A stretch of DNA of 64,000 nt from a virus (Duplodnaviria; Caudoviricetes). The number at the start of each line of letters is the position of its first letter. The first letter of the stretch is position 1. The position numbers and the translations under genes were made by a program. The stretch covers positions 4,568 through 68,567 of the IMG/VR virus record IMGVR_UViG_3300032226_000683. One strand, written 5' to 3'. The notes beneath the pieces were generated by a model. That model saw only the letters and a list, made by a program, of their open reading frames with translations. It did not search any database and was not told the origin of the DNA. Positions 9,001 to 16,968 of the stretch are shown one piece after another.

Positions 9001-10703
9001 GCTGGAATACCAATCTGCCCCTCTGCTTTTGAAATCTCCTGTGTCAGCATGGATTCAACCGATCCTTGCTTCGCGGATTCTACTGCTTCGTCTGCTACCT
9101 TTGTTGTCTCGGGAGTGGTTACCGTATCAAGAGAAGAGCGAACATTGACAGCATCAAAAAGGGACTGGGCTTTTGGAGATGTCAAAGACTCTCGGAGTTG
9201 AGCCATTTGCTCCATCTTTTGTTGGTCATTAAGATTTGGATCAACTTTAATACTTGATACTGTTTGTTCTAAAGATTTTGCAAACCGATCATCTGCCAGT
9301 TTATATATTTTGGCTCGACGATTTGCGATAGACGCTGCCCCTATAACTCCAGGGATTGCCATTCCAAGTCCGATACCACCAGACACGGCCAAGTTTTGGA
9401 GCAAAGGTTCTACGGGATCTTGCCCCCGCAGAACGGCTTCGATTTCTTCAGATGCAGTTTCTCCGAGAGTAGTTCCCACCACTCTGCCCGTGCTACCAAC
9501 CAAAGGGGCCAAAGCAGGAATTTTTGTGGCCAAGGCTTTTGCAGCTGCATGATTGGCTAGGGCATTATCAATCGAGTTTTCTAATTTGTTTCCAGCTCCT
9601 TCGGCTAAACCCAGAACGGCACTCTCGCTGAATATGGATGACAAACGCTGGGGTACGGTTAGATTCCGCGGGTCGCCCTCGAAAGATTGCGATGCCCCGA
9701 TAGTCGCATACGTTGCACCTCTGGAAAGAACGGTTGGAACTTTGATAGCTTGATCTGCAATCTGGCCAGCTTTACCCAATAGCTTTGTGGCGCCGGCGCC
9801 AACTCCGATAAACGAACCCACGGATCCGAGGGCTGCCCCGGCAAGAGTCCCGGTCATGTAATCTTTTTGAATTGTATTGTTGATCGCGTTTGTAAGAGCG
9901 GCCCGACGGGCAACCTGCTCGGGATCGTTTTCGTCTACTATAATATCTCCGATAGATACGAATGGTAGGAAAGCATCACCAGATTGAATCGCAAAGTTTC
10001 GAAGACTAGCCGATCCTAATTTCTTTGATTTGTCACTTTCAAGATCGCGAAAATAATTCTCTGCCATCGGCAGATTCATTCCGAGCTTGGCAGTGAGTGG
10101 CCCCGTACCAAAAGCCATTGCAGGCTTCTCATCCTTAGAAACAATTGATTTTCCGCTGTTTAATTCATCTTCAAAAAAGGGGGCCAACTCCAAAGCTTTT
10201 GCCGCTTTGGCTGGGTCGGTGATTGTCCCAATATAATTTCTAGCCGCAAAGCTTTGTTGCGTTGCTTCCGCCTCTTCATTGGTAATCCCGAGCCCGCCTT
10301 GCAAGTAGGCTCCAATGGTTTTGCCAACACCGAGAAGCGAGAGTTTAGTCAGCTCGCCCCAATCACCTTTTTTCTCTGCGTCAAGAATCTTTTGGCTGGA
10401 CTCAAGCGAATAGTTACGGACGTTGTTCTGAACGTCTTCCCAAGCCTGGGTATTAAATGGAAGTTTCTTTTCCTTAAATCGCGTGGCCAGCCCACCTATA
10501 AGGTCGGTTGATTTCGGATCATCCCTAAGAGCAATTAAATTCTGAGCCTGCGCCAAGTTAGTGGGCGGAGCTGAAAATAGGGAGTTAATTTCCTCCTCAG
10601 GGGTAGTTCCGGAAGGAGCAAACAAAGCATCAATAGCTTGTTGCTCACCCTCGGGGAGACTAGCTAGATCAAGCTCTGTCTCGGGGTTAAATGGATCCGC
10701 CAT
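1..10703 (-). CDS. Giant (>3,500 aa, runs off the left edge) polyvalent virion/ejection protein with sigma-like, SF2 helicase (strawberry-notch type), zincin-like and ART-like segments
   Basis: ATG at 10703 (MADPFNPETELDLASL...). The segments I translated are open, and the track lists no stop-terminated minus ORF in this frame. Motifs: GPGTGKT 6530-6510, DEQH 6218-6207, EETIH 4877-4863, YHGT 3647-3636. Last gene of the structural module. Confidence 0.9.
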   Translation of the reverse strand, partial: MADPFNPETELDLASLPEGEQQAIDALFAPSGTTPEEEINSLFSAPPTNLAQAQNLIALRDDPKSTDLIGGLATRFKEKKLPFNTQAWEDVQNNVRNYSLESSQKILDAEKKGDWGELTKLSLLGVGKTIGAYLQGGLGITNEEAEATQQSFAARNYIGTITDPAKAAKALELAPFFEDELNSGKSIVSKDEKPAMAFGTGPLTAKLGMNLPMAENYFRDLESDKSKKLGSASLRNFAIQSGDAFLPFVSIGDIIVDENDPEQVARRAALTNAINNTIQKDYMTGTLAGAALGSVGSFIGVGAGATKLLGKAGQIADQAIKVPTVLSRGATYATIGASQSFEGDPRNLTVPQRLSSIFSESAVLGLAEGAGNKLENSIDNALANHAAAKALATKIPALAPLVGSTGRVVGTTLGETASEEIEAVLRGQDPVEPLLQNLAVSGGIGLGMAIPGVIGAASIANRRAKIYKLADDRFAKSLEQTVSSIKVDPNLNDQQKMEQMAQLRESLTSPKAQSLFDAVNVRSSLDTVTTPETTKVADEAVESAKQGSVESMLTQEISKAEGQIGIPATIETRAPETEEEKLSALNELIGVFEKGATTINLSNTPENASKIQWLESQGRVIGELSEDGKTYSVTNVKTDAGNWMNGIPAIEFKQELKDQFILRAEEIGLETDEIDQMNSELEKAGTDDAIEEVARKYLGPTDYEVALESQLAKSQELIEQEKPAEINAKRLQDQINVLENKIKEAPADEAVAMQEQLARLQAMQVEGQAARLVRGEESVSKLVQQFENEATKEARTGKLAPELEARPDIVLPINNPESESFQKYQKLEPDPRENSKEALGAVFNLKNPATIELLQSLGAIDENGRNIMTPAETVMAYVNRKRSYLQSKSLAGYQKYNIADEVSAATINSFLYELRQGKNNLSLSTIFNSRLRDFIRRAVPRMRAGVGLGAAVSLETPGLRVNAVDADTLAEEQGINPAVAGAINEALDQIDATEVDNQVANPSDVPSPAQRQEALSILAQNLQAPFRQSLGTEAEKLAFDSVTSGKGVTAQDAAKIGTTVDNINALKPAVQQKFVSALQAEYRKNQEAGTLPVREVVEPEGIVREGSLTAKQIQPAIERFRKLQADDFFDDVELASAKALLEQTQSTRSVNILRAFEGYMDSVVESKLSPEGITELAEAVDSNLKTALDDGNISKAQSDDYVDKLNKLAEPYLASQTMEEGPAKNNIAATFRSNLLKVNDQILADSGITTNEEGTYEEPTTKPTPKPKAKTADDRREEARQKLAEIEAKRAATTKRVSQETVPVKREEVGRAVAGGATGVGRPGAERARGVPIPKSFVESRNQLGKPYSEKVLDPIGSETTSLLSPEQKQDAAAAITTMESSKHKAFYLANGPGTGKTRVLLAAAKYYLNKGFNVFYLTAPDAVTPNWDLNTIGGSIEKDAGLMGVPIAARGGKGESGRGLPIENVPGKVVVSTYTSQYLEKILPLVDAKTVVIFDEQHSGRNLHKAIQEGKSRAWSILMNEISQKAGRVLMASGTPFETPDQLLSLGRLGIFDTESPDALIKRLGFEKQYLRGGKKSYWTLSPGVTEAEMQDRLEAYLDGLVKNGILRSRSLKLDGVNVEFQDVPLDSAIIKQLEDIKNMYGGAQNTDIASLRKLVAAQKRALEEYKVDAAAKRAIQSIRQGRKPVIYVGFVSETNARGETVDPTSAAVEAAILRLAPDLKIARMYTGSDQTKEQALAAFNENAADVLIATKEMGGTGIELDDKFGDKPRDMIIMSPPVSAIQAVQLIYRVWRTDSASRPNLIFLESKAEVDQQNIDRMRAKLRLLDATTGAGFEGLKAEVVAPVKSTVEATPEQVSTTEEILKSALGKDYNNNVITFRDAKGQAHNYNVKIDPNFTHPMAVVVGSDNDSDVIVINPARLEEGKNKLSPDAYKSYITQALLEETIHIETLRYYRELGLDPIEELTAIGDSLSQASRLAIGRLYYSSLGSDITNSDTQAKIKALANDSFFVAMEGIRQLSQLKLTGGITEQVNSVNASDIARATQRLKDILKSENKSVLARLGVWFDSMATVVKRGLGLAPNAKDRLVMRQSIEDAISTLRKTSKEFVQAGEAPAGPIPAPGTSPTAPRAATVFDSYDLRIYRMIENHLEGRTEGVLGVTVADDLFKTVGVEEWLDALDISRRRGIITADERDLFRSATQAVMDGGRASLPAIANKALELAENMEEAGRSLPVAAFVATSAPAEVTSNEQSFEVQPTQQKYRVKIPGNIAVATTASSEAKATANAVIRLFENQEVVNYNGQRYSSPGALIAALRDAGYNKFSKVIAPAPAPEMKTKVSLSNLLNLEKNNELAYHGTSLDQITSLLGGIRPETNFSPDFNGQAFGGGVVLVYPKNQLPLDKKSYQNDLVLTEGSATQPIAAMLDVANFEGSEARRSYSDVMEDIANLPKEDSGIAMDLYTALDLGDRIKVAQIRDDIRGNPAAIERQIRDMRIKEFKGKYYLPSGEQILSLPKAQPKPNAEVINRLAVELSKASDEATPGVSQEEAINNAVAAVPNALPVFTYELSDSGQVTNVKMVRAGAPMAIPAPEIRESRAIKNIVTQFVDVLPEGKIKDRLLDAWYYQSIPREQQFADAKSYIATNGVQNSLNAFLSGNIKSSLPLQGAIGFELANALGAKAKTDLYAREQLAEVMLLLSRKYGTEPGRTVDLWNALGELSNNPEAMKMYISRQIDSSIRGRLTGFAEEESEISSGLVDSTRRAVDKLTTDKKTKSTIEKIAKLVELNKKQATVAELEAAVAEYVGSEQALADGSAFLGADLAAAPEVEGSDADGIRLNPEQTGALSRMILEIIQRSENPSVTAASEDQIKSLLMLTPALRDAKNQENVRRKLDLYFDAALTNALEIFSAQALGEARAREGIQPPATRGEAIRRVIDAKAKAKDQAPVAIPTEATSRLEALAEASAEALQKQAARLQEEPKKKDQLEEFAARIRRLIAQRTKEQGGLQPTYTPEPKPTEAEVLRDRIEKYPDVMEFIDNVRDSLKEVYSEEELAGLEPFIDEAFGRPFTVSSLKQAVRSLESIGGPQTNVRGLIRSSKGDIMDFENKMGALLTQNTTLDEAQKKEVTDFLREGLTELISNERKLELERIKKRFEAKKERKTRKMRSALDRLIEATNLGVLTDSEVFAQMHSQLGLPELREEERKKLNKLIEDLPLYPVGMIRNKKISEMYQYVKLVSPQVWGELLVNYQTSNLLAGVGTIGINAWSSSMSNQLNAALLAAVGAMKGVRGDKARAKGYIDAAKALNSSILVGEKPALNAAANVFFNGDYSNIQDALTQELGGVNIWEAIVKQGEDYRAGKPGAVQPELPVNVFGEEYRIPLDSKYLSSKYGALAPFIFFGRAMAAGDAINKISSRKMYEIAEATNIAIAQGLQTNDEIETEVARLLNQSPEARKRAEAKAASEAKEFNLTPEQQSLRVEEILEQGRPDEESVKNLTEKAKTFAAQSTYTNNFEGWFGLLADGLTSISAKAWPLRLFIKFLKTGSSLANEVLNFLPAISTIRLYRGSAAMLKDTK

Positions 10704-10742
10704 GGCTGCTATAATTCAAGGGATTATTCAGCCGTTCGTCAA
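10704..10742 (-). promoter_or_regulatory. Putative sigma70-like promoter for the giant gene
   Basis: TTGACG (overlaps the TGA stop of the upstream gene)-17 nt-TTGAAT, 10 nt before the ATG; the -10 match is weak. Confidence 0.4.
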
Positions 10743-12295
10743 CGATTTTGTCCTGAGTCTTCAACTGCTCCCGGGGATACCACGCTGGAGGGAAGATCGA
10801 CCCCAGGGATGGTGTACCCCCGGGCTTTTAGGGTTGCCAAAATCTCTCGGGCTGGTCTGCCGTAGATAACGGCATTCGGGTCTCGGCGATATGCTTCGGC
10901 TATCGTGGCTAGAGTGGAGTCAGAGATTTGAATAGGTTTATTTTTTGACGCTACTGGTATAGTGGTAGTTCCTGGACGAGCCCCTTCAAACGAGCTTTTA
11001 GTTCGGAATGGGAGCGCTGCTGCTTGAGTTGTTTCTTTTTTAGCTTTATCTGTGGGGGCTGCAGCGGGAGCTCCGGCCTGAAGTTGTTGCGTCTGGAACT
11101 GTCGAATCAATGGAACTTGGCCGTATAGGAAGTTTGGAGAAGTTACTTCATCTTCCCACTTTTTGATTCTGTCTTGGGCTGCTTTTGTAAGCAGACCCGT
11201 ATCTGGATCGATAGTTGCGTTATAACCTTCTCTCGGAGTTAAATCTGGACTTTCGTAAGTAAAAGTTCTGTAGGATTCTCCAGTTTGAGGATCGGTTTTA
11301 GTAATGGATAATCCGGGATTTTGAGTTATAAGGTTCTCAGAAATCCCGGCAAATCTGCGATCTATTGCCTCAAGTTCGGCAATTGAGTTGGCTTTATTGC
11401 GTTTAAAAGCCAAACCCTGCACAGCTTTTGTCGTATACTTTGTTGGATTGTTTTTTAAATCATCATACTGTTTTTGATACTCGGGCTCAAGTCTTCCTTG
11501 TTCCGCAAGGTCTTCGAAAGAATCCATCATTTGCCCAATTTCTGACTGCCTATATTTTTCGAGCTTACCCAGTGCATCCATTCTGATTTTAGAAAAAGGT
11601 TCGTTGACTCTTGGGTCGGTGTTATTCAAAGCTCTAAATTCGTTGTCTACTTTATCCACTTCTGCAACATATTGATCGGGAGTATAGTCCCTTGGGTTAA
11701 GTAGATTCAACCGATCGCCCAATGCTCTGGCTGGTGTGGCTGTTTTTAAATTTTGTTCAGCTTGCGCAAGTTCACGGTTCTTTTGAATTCCTCCGTAGAC
11801 ATTATCATAAATTGCTGTGCGTTGAAGACGATCAATATTGGCATTAGAAATATCTTCCATCGCGGCAGATATTTTGGCGGGATCACCTGAAAGTTGGGCT
11901 ATCCTAAACTTTTGCTCTAGAGCTCCAGCTGTTTTATCTTTTTCTTCTAGGATTCTTTTTTCCTCGAGCTTGTCTAACTCTTTCTGCTGATCTAATTGAA
12001 ACTTTCCATAAGCCAGCTCGTTCTCAAAACTTTTTTGACCCAATCCAGAACGATATTGTTCCAACTGACGTTCATTATCAATGCTTGCTGCTTGAATTCT
12101 TTGGGATTCAAGTTGAGCTTGCCGTGCGGAGTTTTCGCGTTGAGCTGCAAGTTGGGCATAACCCAAACCAAGCTGCGCCTTAGCCTGTTCGTCCTGCTGG
12201 AAAAGCTGCTGCTTTTTTAAGTAATTGTCGCGAAGATCACCGATAATCCCTCGGACTTGACTTATGTAATCGGGGGCGTTGGGGGAGAGGGCCAT
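10739..12295 (-). CDS. Putative internal virion/ejection protein (Q/E/K-rich, helical)
   Basis: 518 aa, coiled-coil-like; lies between the tail genes and the giant protein, where podovirus ejection proteins usually sit. Confidence 0.6.
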   Translation of the reverse strand: MALSPNAPDYISQVRGIIGDLRDNYLKKQQLFQQDEQAKAQLGLGYAQLAAQRENSARQAQLESQRIQAASIDNERQLEQYRSGLGQKSFENELAYGKFQLDQQKELDKLEEKRILEEKDKTAGALEQKFRIAQLSGDPAKISAAMEDISNANIDRLQRTAIYDNVYGGIQKNRELAQAEQNLKTATPARALGDRLNLLNPRDYTPDQYVAEVDKVDNEFRALNNTDPRVNEPFSKIRMDALGKLEKYRQSEIGQMMDSFEDLAEQGRLEPEYQKQYDDLKNNPTKYTTKAVQGLAFKRNKANSIAELEAIDRRFAGISENLITQNPGLSITKTDPQTGESYRTFTYESPDLTPREGYNATIDPDTGLLTKAAQDRIKKWEDEVTSPNFLYGQVPLIRQFQTQQLQAGAPAAAPTDKAKKETTQAAALPFRTKSSFEGARPGTTTIPVASKNKPIQISDSTLATIAEAYRRDPNAVIYGRPAREILATLKARGYTIPGVDLPSSVVSPGAVEDSGQNR

Positions 12296-12359
12296 ATAGC
12301 AGATATACTAGCAATACCAAATTCCATGTCTAGTGCTTCCTTGCGTATACATAAAAAGA

Positions 12360-13370
12360 TTAGAAATTAACCGCCTTACGGCGAGCTCCTATTGTTTGCA
12401 CTTCATTATATTGTCTCCAAGCCGCGTCTCTTGTTTTCTCAGCTCCGCTTGTTCCTTCGCCCACAAAAGCTTCACCTTTTTCTAAACGTCTTCTATTTTC
12501 TGCTGCCAGTTTATCACCCACATACATTGCATTAGTGCTTTGTCTGATTTTTTCTTTCTTTTTCCAAGCAGCTGTATCGGGAGAGTCGGGCCGAAGTTTC
12601 GAATAAGTTCCAGGTTCATAACCCACGTACATTCCTTTCTTAATATCAAACTGTCCTGGCAAAGGTTGGGATTGATACTCATTCATAAGATTTTGGTTTT
12701 GAATATCAAGATTAATCTTGGCCCGATTTGCCTCGGTGCTAAATACTGCGGTCGGGTCTATTTGGTTCATGGCCTGCATGGCCTGCGATGAAATCTGAAC
12801 GCTTTGACTCAATAAATTGGCACCCTGTTGTTTTACTCGCAACGAACTCAAACCAAAGTCCCGAGCTAATAAATTTCTGCCCATTCCAGATCTACCCCCA
12901 AATCCCCCGCTAAACCCAGCAGCAGCTGTACTTCTTCCAATTTCCCCAATCATGTCTCGACTAAGTTGACCTGTAGCCATTTGTGCTCCAGATGCTGATA
13001 AAGACCTTAGGCCAGCCTCTAGGTCTGGGTTCATCTCTTGAAACTGTTGGCGAAAAGGAGCGTTAGCTTCATAAGCTTTTTTTCCCATGTCGCCATAGTC
13101 CAAAGACAATTCTTTTAAGGTTGGGGCTTTACCCAAATAAAATTCTATCGGTGGCTCTGCCGGAGGTTCGGGCCAAATTGCGGAAGCTGAAATTCCTCTG
13201 CCGTAGGATATTCCGGAGCCTCCTCCTAACTTGGCAGCATTTCCTGTTCTAGCCGTTGAGATACCGCTAACTTTTTCACCCGTCGCTGTATTCGTCCAAC
13301 CTCTCCCAGCCGCGCCCTCACCTACATTTTTAGAATACGTGTTACCATCTATTCCCTGGACTGTGGCCAT
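12360..13370 (-). CDS. Putative ejection/pilot protein, paralog A
   Basis: 336 aa, G/A/Q-rich; core region aligns with 13374..14417. Confidence 0.6.
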   Translation of the reverse strand: MATVQGIDGNTYSKNVGEGAAGRGWTNTATGEKVSGISTARTGNAAKLGGGSGISYGRGISASAIWPEPPAEPPIEFYLGKAPTLKELSLDYGDMGKKAYEANAPFRQQFQEMNPDLEAGLRSLSASGAQMATGQLSRDMIGEIGRSTAAAGFSGGFGGRSGMGRNLLARDFGLSSLRVKQQGANLLSQSVQISSQAMQAMNQIDPTAVFSTEANRAKINLDIQNQNLMNEYQSQPLPGQFDIKKGMYVGYEPGTYSKLRPDSPDTAAWKKKEKIRQSTNAMYVGDKLAAENRRRLEKGEAFVGEGTSGAEKTRDAAWRQYNEVQTIGARRKAVNF

Positions 13371-13373
13371 AAC

Positions 13374-14417
13374 TTAATATCCAGGAAGTCTAGGCCCAAC
13401 ATACCGTGGATGATAGCCGTTGTATCCCGCGCGTTTTCCAGCCTCTAGAGCCTTTCTCGCAAACTCCGTCTGAGCGTCTTTTTTTGCCTGCTCATCGGGC
13501 GTTAAGGGTTTTGTCGAAGAGTAAGTTCCGGGTTGATATCCAACATACTGACCCTTGGAAATATCAAACTGACCCGGCAATGGTTTGCTTTGCCAAGCAT
13601 TCAAAAGATTCTGATTCCCAATCTGCTGATTTATGGAAGCTTGGTTTGCCGCGGTTGAGAATATCTCATTTGGCGAAACTGGTGTCATTGCTCCCATAGC
13701 CTGTGCTGTTAGCTGCCCTGCTTGTGCTAACAAATTAGCCCCCTGCATTTGAGCTTCGCGGACACTTAACCCTAAATCCCTTGCAGTTCTTGCTCGTCCA
13801 GCTCCAGATCGACCGCCAAGCCCAGTTGCAAATCCAATTACAGAACCAGCTCTACTAGCCTCGCTTATTTCATCCCTCCCAATTCGTCCAGTCGCGGCGG
13901 TCGCGCCGGCTTGGGATAAAGCCCTGATGCCAGCTTCTGCCATAGGATTAAATTGTCTAAATTGTTGCTCAAACGGTTTGTTTACCTCCATGACGCGTCT
14001 TCCCATTTCCCCGTAATCCAACTGCAATTCTTGTAGTGTGGGGGCGGGTCCTAGATAGTACTCAGTGGGTGCGGGCGTTTGGGCTTGTTGGGGCATCATA
14101 CTTCCGCCGCCGCCTCCTCCTCCTCCACTGAGCCCACCAGTTCTCGGTGTAGTTGCCGGCGTTCCACCAGTCCCTCTATCTCTTTGCGTGGCCGCAGCGC
14201 GGGCAGTTGGAATTCCAAAACCTGTATATGTTTTATTGAATGCATCTTGCTCCGCCATCCACTGATTCCAATCTTGACCTGGCTTTCTCGGAATTTCTCC
14301 GTAAGACATGCTACCCGGCCGCTTAGATTCTGCCAAAGCTCGTTCGTATGAATACTGCTCATACGATTTTCCAGAGCCCATGAAATTATTGTCTGCTGGT
14401 CTTGAATAACTTGCCAT
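13374..14417 (-). CDS. Putative ejection/pilot protein, paralog B
   Basis: 347 aa, G/A/Q-rich; shares YLGxAPTLxELxLDYG and PLPGQFDIxKGxYVGYxPGTYS with its neighbour. Confidence 0.6.
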   Translation of the reverse strand: MASYSRPADNNFMGSGKSYEQYSYERALAESKRPGSMSYGEIPRKPGQDWNQWMAEQDAFNKTYTGFGIPTARAAATQRDRGTGGTPATTPRTGGLSGGGGGGGGSMMPQQAQTPAPTEYYLGPAPTLQELQLDYGEMGRRVMEVNKPFEQQFRQFNPMAEAGIRALSQAGATAATGRIGRDEISEASRAGSVIGFATGLGGRSGAGRARTARDLGLSVREAQMQGANLLAQAGQLTAQAMGAMTPVSPNEIFSTAANQASINQQIGNQNLLNAWQSKPLPGQFDISKGQYVGYQPGTYSSTKPLTPDEQAKKDAQTEFARKALEAGKRAGYNGYHPRYVGPRLPGY

Positions 14418-14419
14418 AA

Positions 14420-15631
14420 TTATGCCATGTTCGGGATTTCTCCCATTGCGAACATCTCCATTTGAATCTGAGGTCTACCTATGTTTGCTCCTTCTACTTC
14501 CCTCAATTCTTCTTGTAGAAGGGCAACAGCTTTGCCTTCATATAGGGCAGCCTCGTCCAGGTTATTGTTTTCTTCTTTTTCAATGGCAATCGCCATCATC
14601 TTCAAAGCTCCAAGATTGGTCACAATCAAATCATCGTCATCGCTTACGACGGGAATAAACTTCCGCTTGGCCAAAACGGTAACCGTAGCGCCTTCTTCGC
14701 TTTCAAATCCAGGAATTGCGTAGCGTCGATATTGAGGCAAAGTCTCGCTCGGGGCAAGAATAGCGATGCAGGATTCTGAACCAGTAACTGGGTCGACTGC
14801 ATAGACGCGGACCCAACCTTTCGTGGGGCTTTTGTTTATGGCATCGATGGAGCGGAAAGCATTGACTGTGGTGCGGGGGAGTTCAGTTAGCGTTAGGGCT
14901 GGCGTAAAGGTTGCTTGCCAAGGATAATTACTGTTACCAGAAGAAATTGCGACTTGAGTACCAGATGCGTTTAAAACGCGCCAAACAGATGCGTTATTCG
15001 ATATAATCCAACCTTCAAGATTTCTATACTTAGGCTTTGAATTTTCGGTTGTAAAAAAAGCAAACACAGAATTTCCATCAGTATTGGAACCAGTAAATCC
15101 AGAAATCAACACGCTGGAATTACCTGAGCCAGCACTCAAGTTCAAACGTTCGCCGTCGATATAAACCCCATTCTCAATTGTCTGGATTCGGTTGTTATAG
15201 GTGTCAGAACCGCGGAACAAAATGGTTGAAGTGGAATCTTCAATCAGGTCGGTGTATACGCGGATATATTTTTGAGCTTCAATCGAACGAAAACAAGGAA
15301 CATATCCACGATCTTGTAGTTGCCTCCAAGCTCCTACTGTAGACATACCCGGACCATTCGCCATAAATTCATACCACTGGTTGTAAACTTGCGCCGGAGC
15401 GCCAGAGTAGTTGTAGCCAAGAATTGATTCAAACTCGCGCGGAAGAGTGATACATCCTCCGTAAACACAAACGGAATAACGTGCGTATGTACCAGCATAC
15501 AAACCTTTATTTAGCAAACGTTCCTGTGCTTCGTTGGTTCGGGCTAGCAACTGAGGATTATCCGCGCACATCCCATTCTGGGTTACGCGGGCCAGTTGTT
15601 CTTTGACCGATCCGTAAGTACGACGGATCAT
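14420..15631 (-). CDS. Putative tail adaptor / head-tail connector
   Basis: 403 aa; N-terminal helix NEAQERLL and helical C-terminus resemble podovirus adaptors; position in the tail cluster. Confidence 0.55.
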   Translation of the reverse strand: MIRRTYGSVKEQLARVTQNGMCADNPQLLARTNEAQERLLNKGLYAGTYARYSVCVYGGCITLPREFESILGYNYSGAPAQVYNQWYEFMANGPGMSTVGAWRQLQDRGYVPCFRSIEAQKYIRVYTDLIEDSTSTILFRGSDTYNNRIQTIENGVYIDGERLNLSAGSGNSSVLISGFTGSNTDGNSVFAFFTTENSKPKYRNLEGWIISNNASVWRVLNASGTQVAISSGNSNYPWQATFTPALTLTELPRTTVNAFRSIDAINKSPTKGWVRVYAVDPVTGSESCIAILAPSETLPQYRRYAIPGFESEEGATVTVLAKRKFIPVVSDDDDLIVTNLGALKMMAIAIEKEENNNLDEAALYEGKAVALLQEELREVEGANIGRPQIQMEMFAMGEIPNMA

Positions 15632-16053
15632 TCGTAGTACCCCACGTAAACTTTGTACCTACCATTTGTGGGTGGAACCGGAGTTACCGGAGTCAATTTG
15701 CTGATCCCGTTAACAACGTAAGCGGTATTCCCAACACCCCATGGAGATGAAATCTCGGAATTCACGTCTGTCAAGATAATATCGCCAAAAGAAAAAGGAG
15801 TGAATTCCTGCCACGAACCGTTTGAGAACAATCGTATTGATTGAGGTTCCCCCGGGTTGGCTGGATTTGTTTGAAACCAAACCTTATTGTTGTCGGAAGG
15901 TACTGGTGTTGTGCTAGATATAACAATAGAACTTAGCGTGCTGCTAGATACAACCGATAGATACGATTCTAAAAGCTGTAAGAGACCCTGAAGATTGGCT
16001 GGATATCCTGTATTTGCTGGCACAGTAGCAGCAGTTATTGAATATACGGCCAT
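15628..16053 (-). CDS. Small structural protein, paralog of 16087..16551
   Basis: 141 aa; shares YxITxxTVPxNxxYP, IxxPWG and YKxYVGY with its neighbour. Confidence 0.6.
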   Translation of the reverse strand: MAVYSITAATVPANTGYPANLQGLLQLLESYLSVVSSSTLSSIVISSTTPVPSDNNKVWFQTNPANPGEPQSIRLFSNGSWQEFTPFSFGDIILTDVNSEISSPWGVGNTAYVVNGISKLTPVTPVPPTNGRYKVYVGYYE

Positions 16054-16086
16054 AGCTTATTTAGATTAACGGCTTGGCTTTTTGTG

Positions 16087-16551
16087 TCAAGGACTCCTGG
16101 AACTCCAATACCCGACATATATTTTATACGCCAAGCCATCTGGCGTAGAGCCGGGTGTTAAAGTGGGAGTGTAATCGCCTAATCCAGTATCAGCTGGAAA
16201 ACTATAAGTATAACCTAGCTCACCCCACGGAGCGACAATTTGGGATCCTGCTGTGACTAAAATGGCGTCTCCCTGTCTTAGTGGAGCAAATTCTTTCCAT
16301 TGTCCGCTAACATATAGTCGAATTACTTTGGGTGTCCCATACTCATTTGCTCCGGGCGGAGAGGAGGTTTGAACCCAAACAACAGCACTTGAATCCAACG
16401 GTATAGCCTGGTTGGAAACGAGATATTGAACTGGGTCGCCTTCTATATGCACTTTGGAGTACTCAGCGATAAGATTAATGAGGTCTTGGACGGAAGGTGG
16501 ATAACAAATATTTGTTGGAACTGTCTCTGTTGTTATTGGATACTCATTCAT
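16087..16551 (-). CDS. Small structural protein, paralog of 15628..16053
   Basis: 154 aa; see paralog. Confidence 0.6.
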   Translation of the reverse strand: MNEYPITTETVPTNICYPPSVQDLINLIAEYSKVHIEGDPVQYLVSNQAIPLDSSAVVWVQTSSPPGANEYGTPKVIRLYVSGQWKEFAPLRQGDAILVTAGSQIVAPWGELGYTYSFPADTGLGDYTPTLTPGSTPDGLAYKIYVGYWSSRSP

Positions 16552-16563
16552 GGTGATAGGTTC

Positions 16564-16965
16564 CTAGTTATTATTACGACACGGTGGTTCTGTGCAAGCT
16601 AATACATACCATGTTACTTGCTGCCCATCAATACAAACTTGTAGTTCTTGGGGAGTAAATGTTTGGCCGGTAGCCAAACTAACAATTGTGGGGCCGTCGC
16701 TAAAAAAAGTTTCACAATTACACCCTGTTTGTGTGGAGTCAGGTGGAACGGTCGCTGGGCAAACTTCTTCATCGGTCGGCCCATCGCTTCCAGCCGGTGG
16801 GGTGGGTGATGGAGCTAAAGAAGTTGATAGATCATTTGTTGGCCCAAAATTTGGTGGTGAGGCGGAACTAATTCCAGGTAACTCAACGACTGCTACGGTC
16901 CCGCCCCCAAAGCCCGGCAGTCCAGCTGGTAACGGATTTCCGCTATACTCAATTCGTTCCGACAT
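16564..16965 (-). CDS. Pro/Cys-rich small structural protein
   Basis: 133 aa, co-oriented and tightly packed; CNC motif. Confidence 0.5.
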   Translation of the reverse strand: MSERIEYSGNPLPAGLPGFGGGTVAVVELPGISSASPPNFGPTNDLSTSLAPSPTPPAGSDGPTDEEVCPATVPPDSTQTGCNCETFFSDGPTIVSLATGQTFTPQELQVCIDGQQVTWYVLACTEPPCRNNN

Positions 16966-16968
16966 AAA

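Noticed and set aside
1-10703. Virion RNA polymerase within the giant protein
   Set aside because: No DxDGD or T7/N4-type polymerase motifs in the parts I translated; the C-terminus lies outside the window, so it cannot be fully excluded
4-10869. Many short plus-strand and off-frame minus-strand ORFs in the track
   Set aside because: They are shadows of the giant minus-strand ORF, with S/L/F-rich antisense composition
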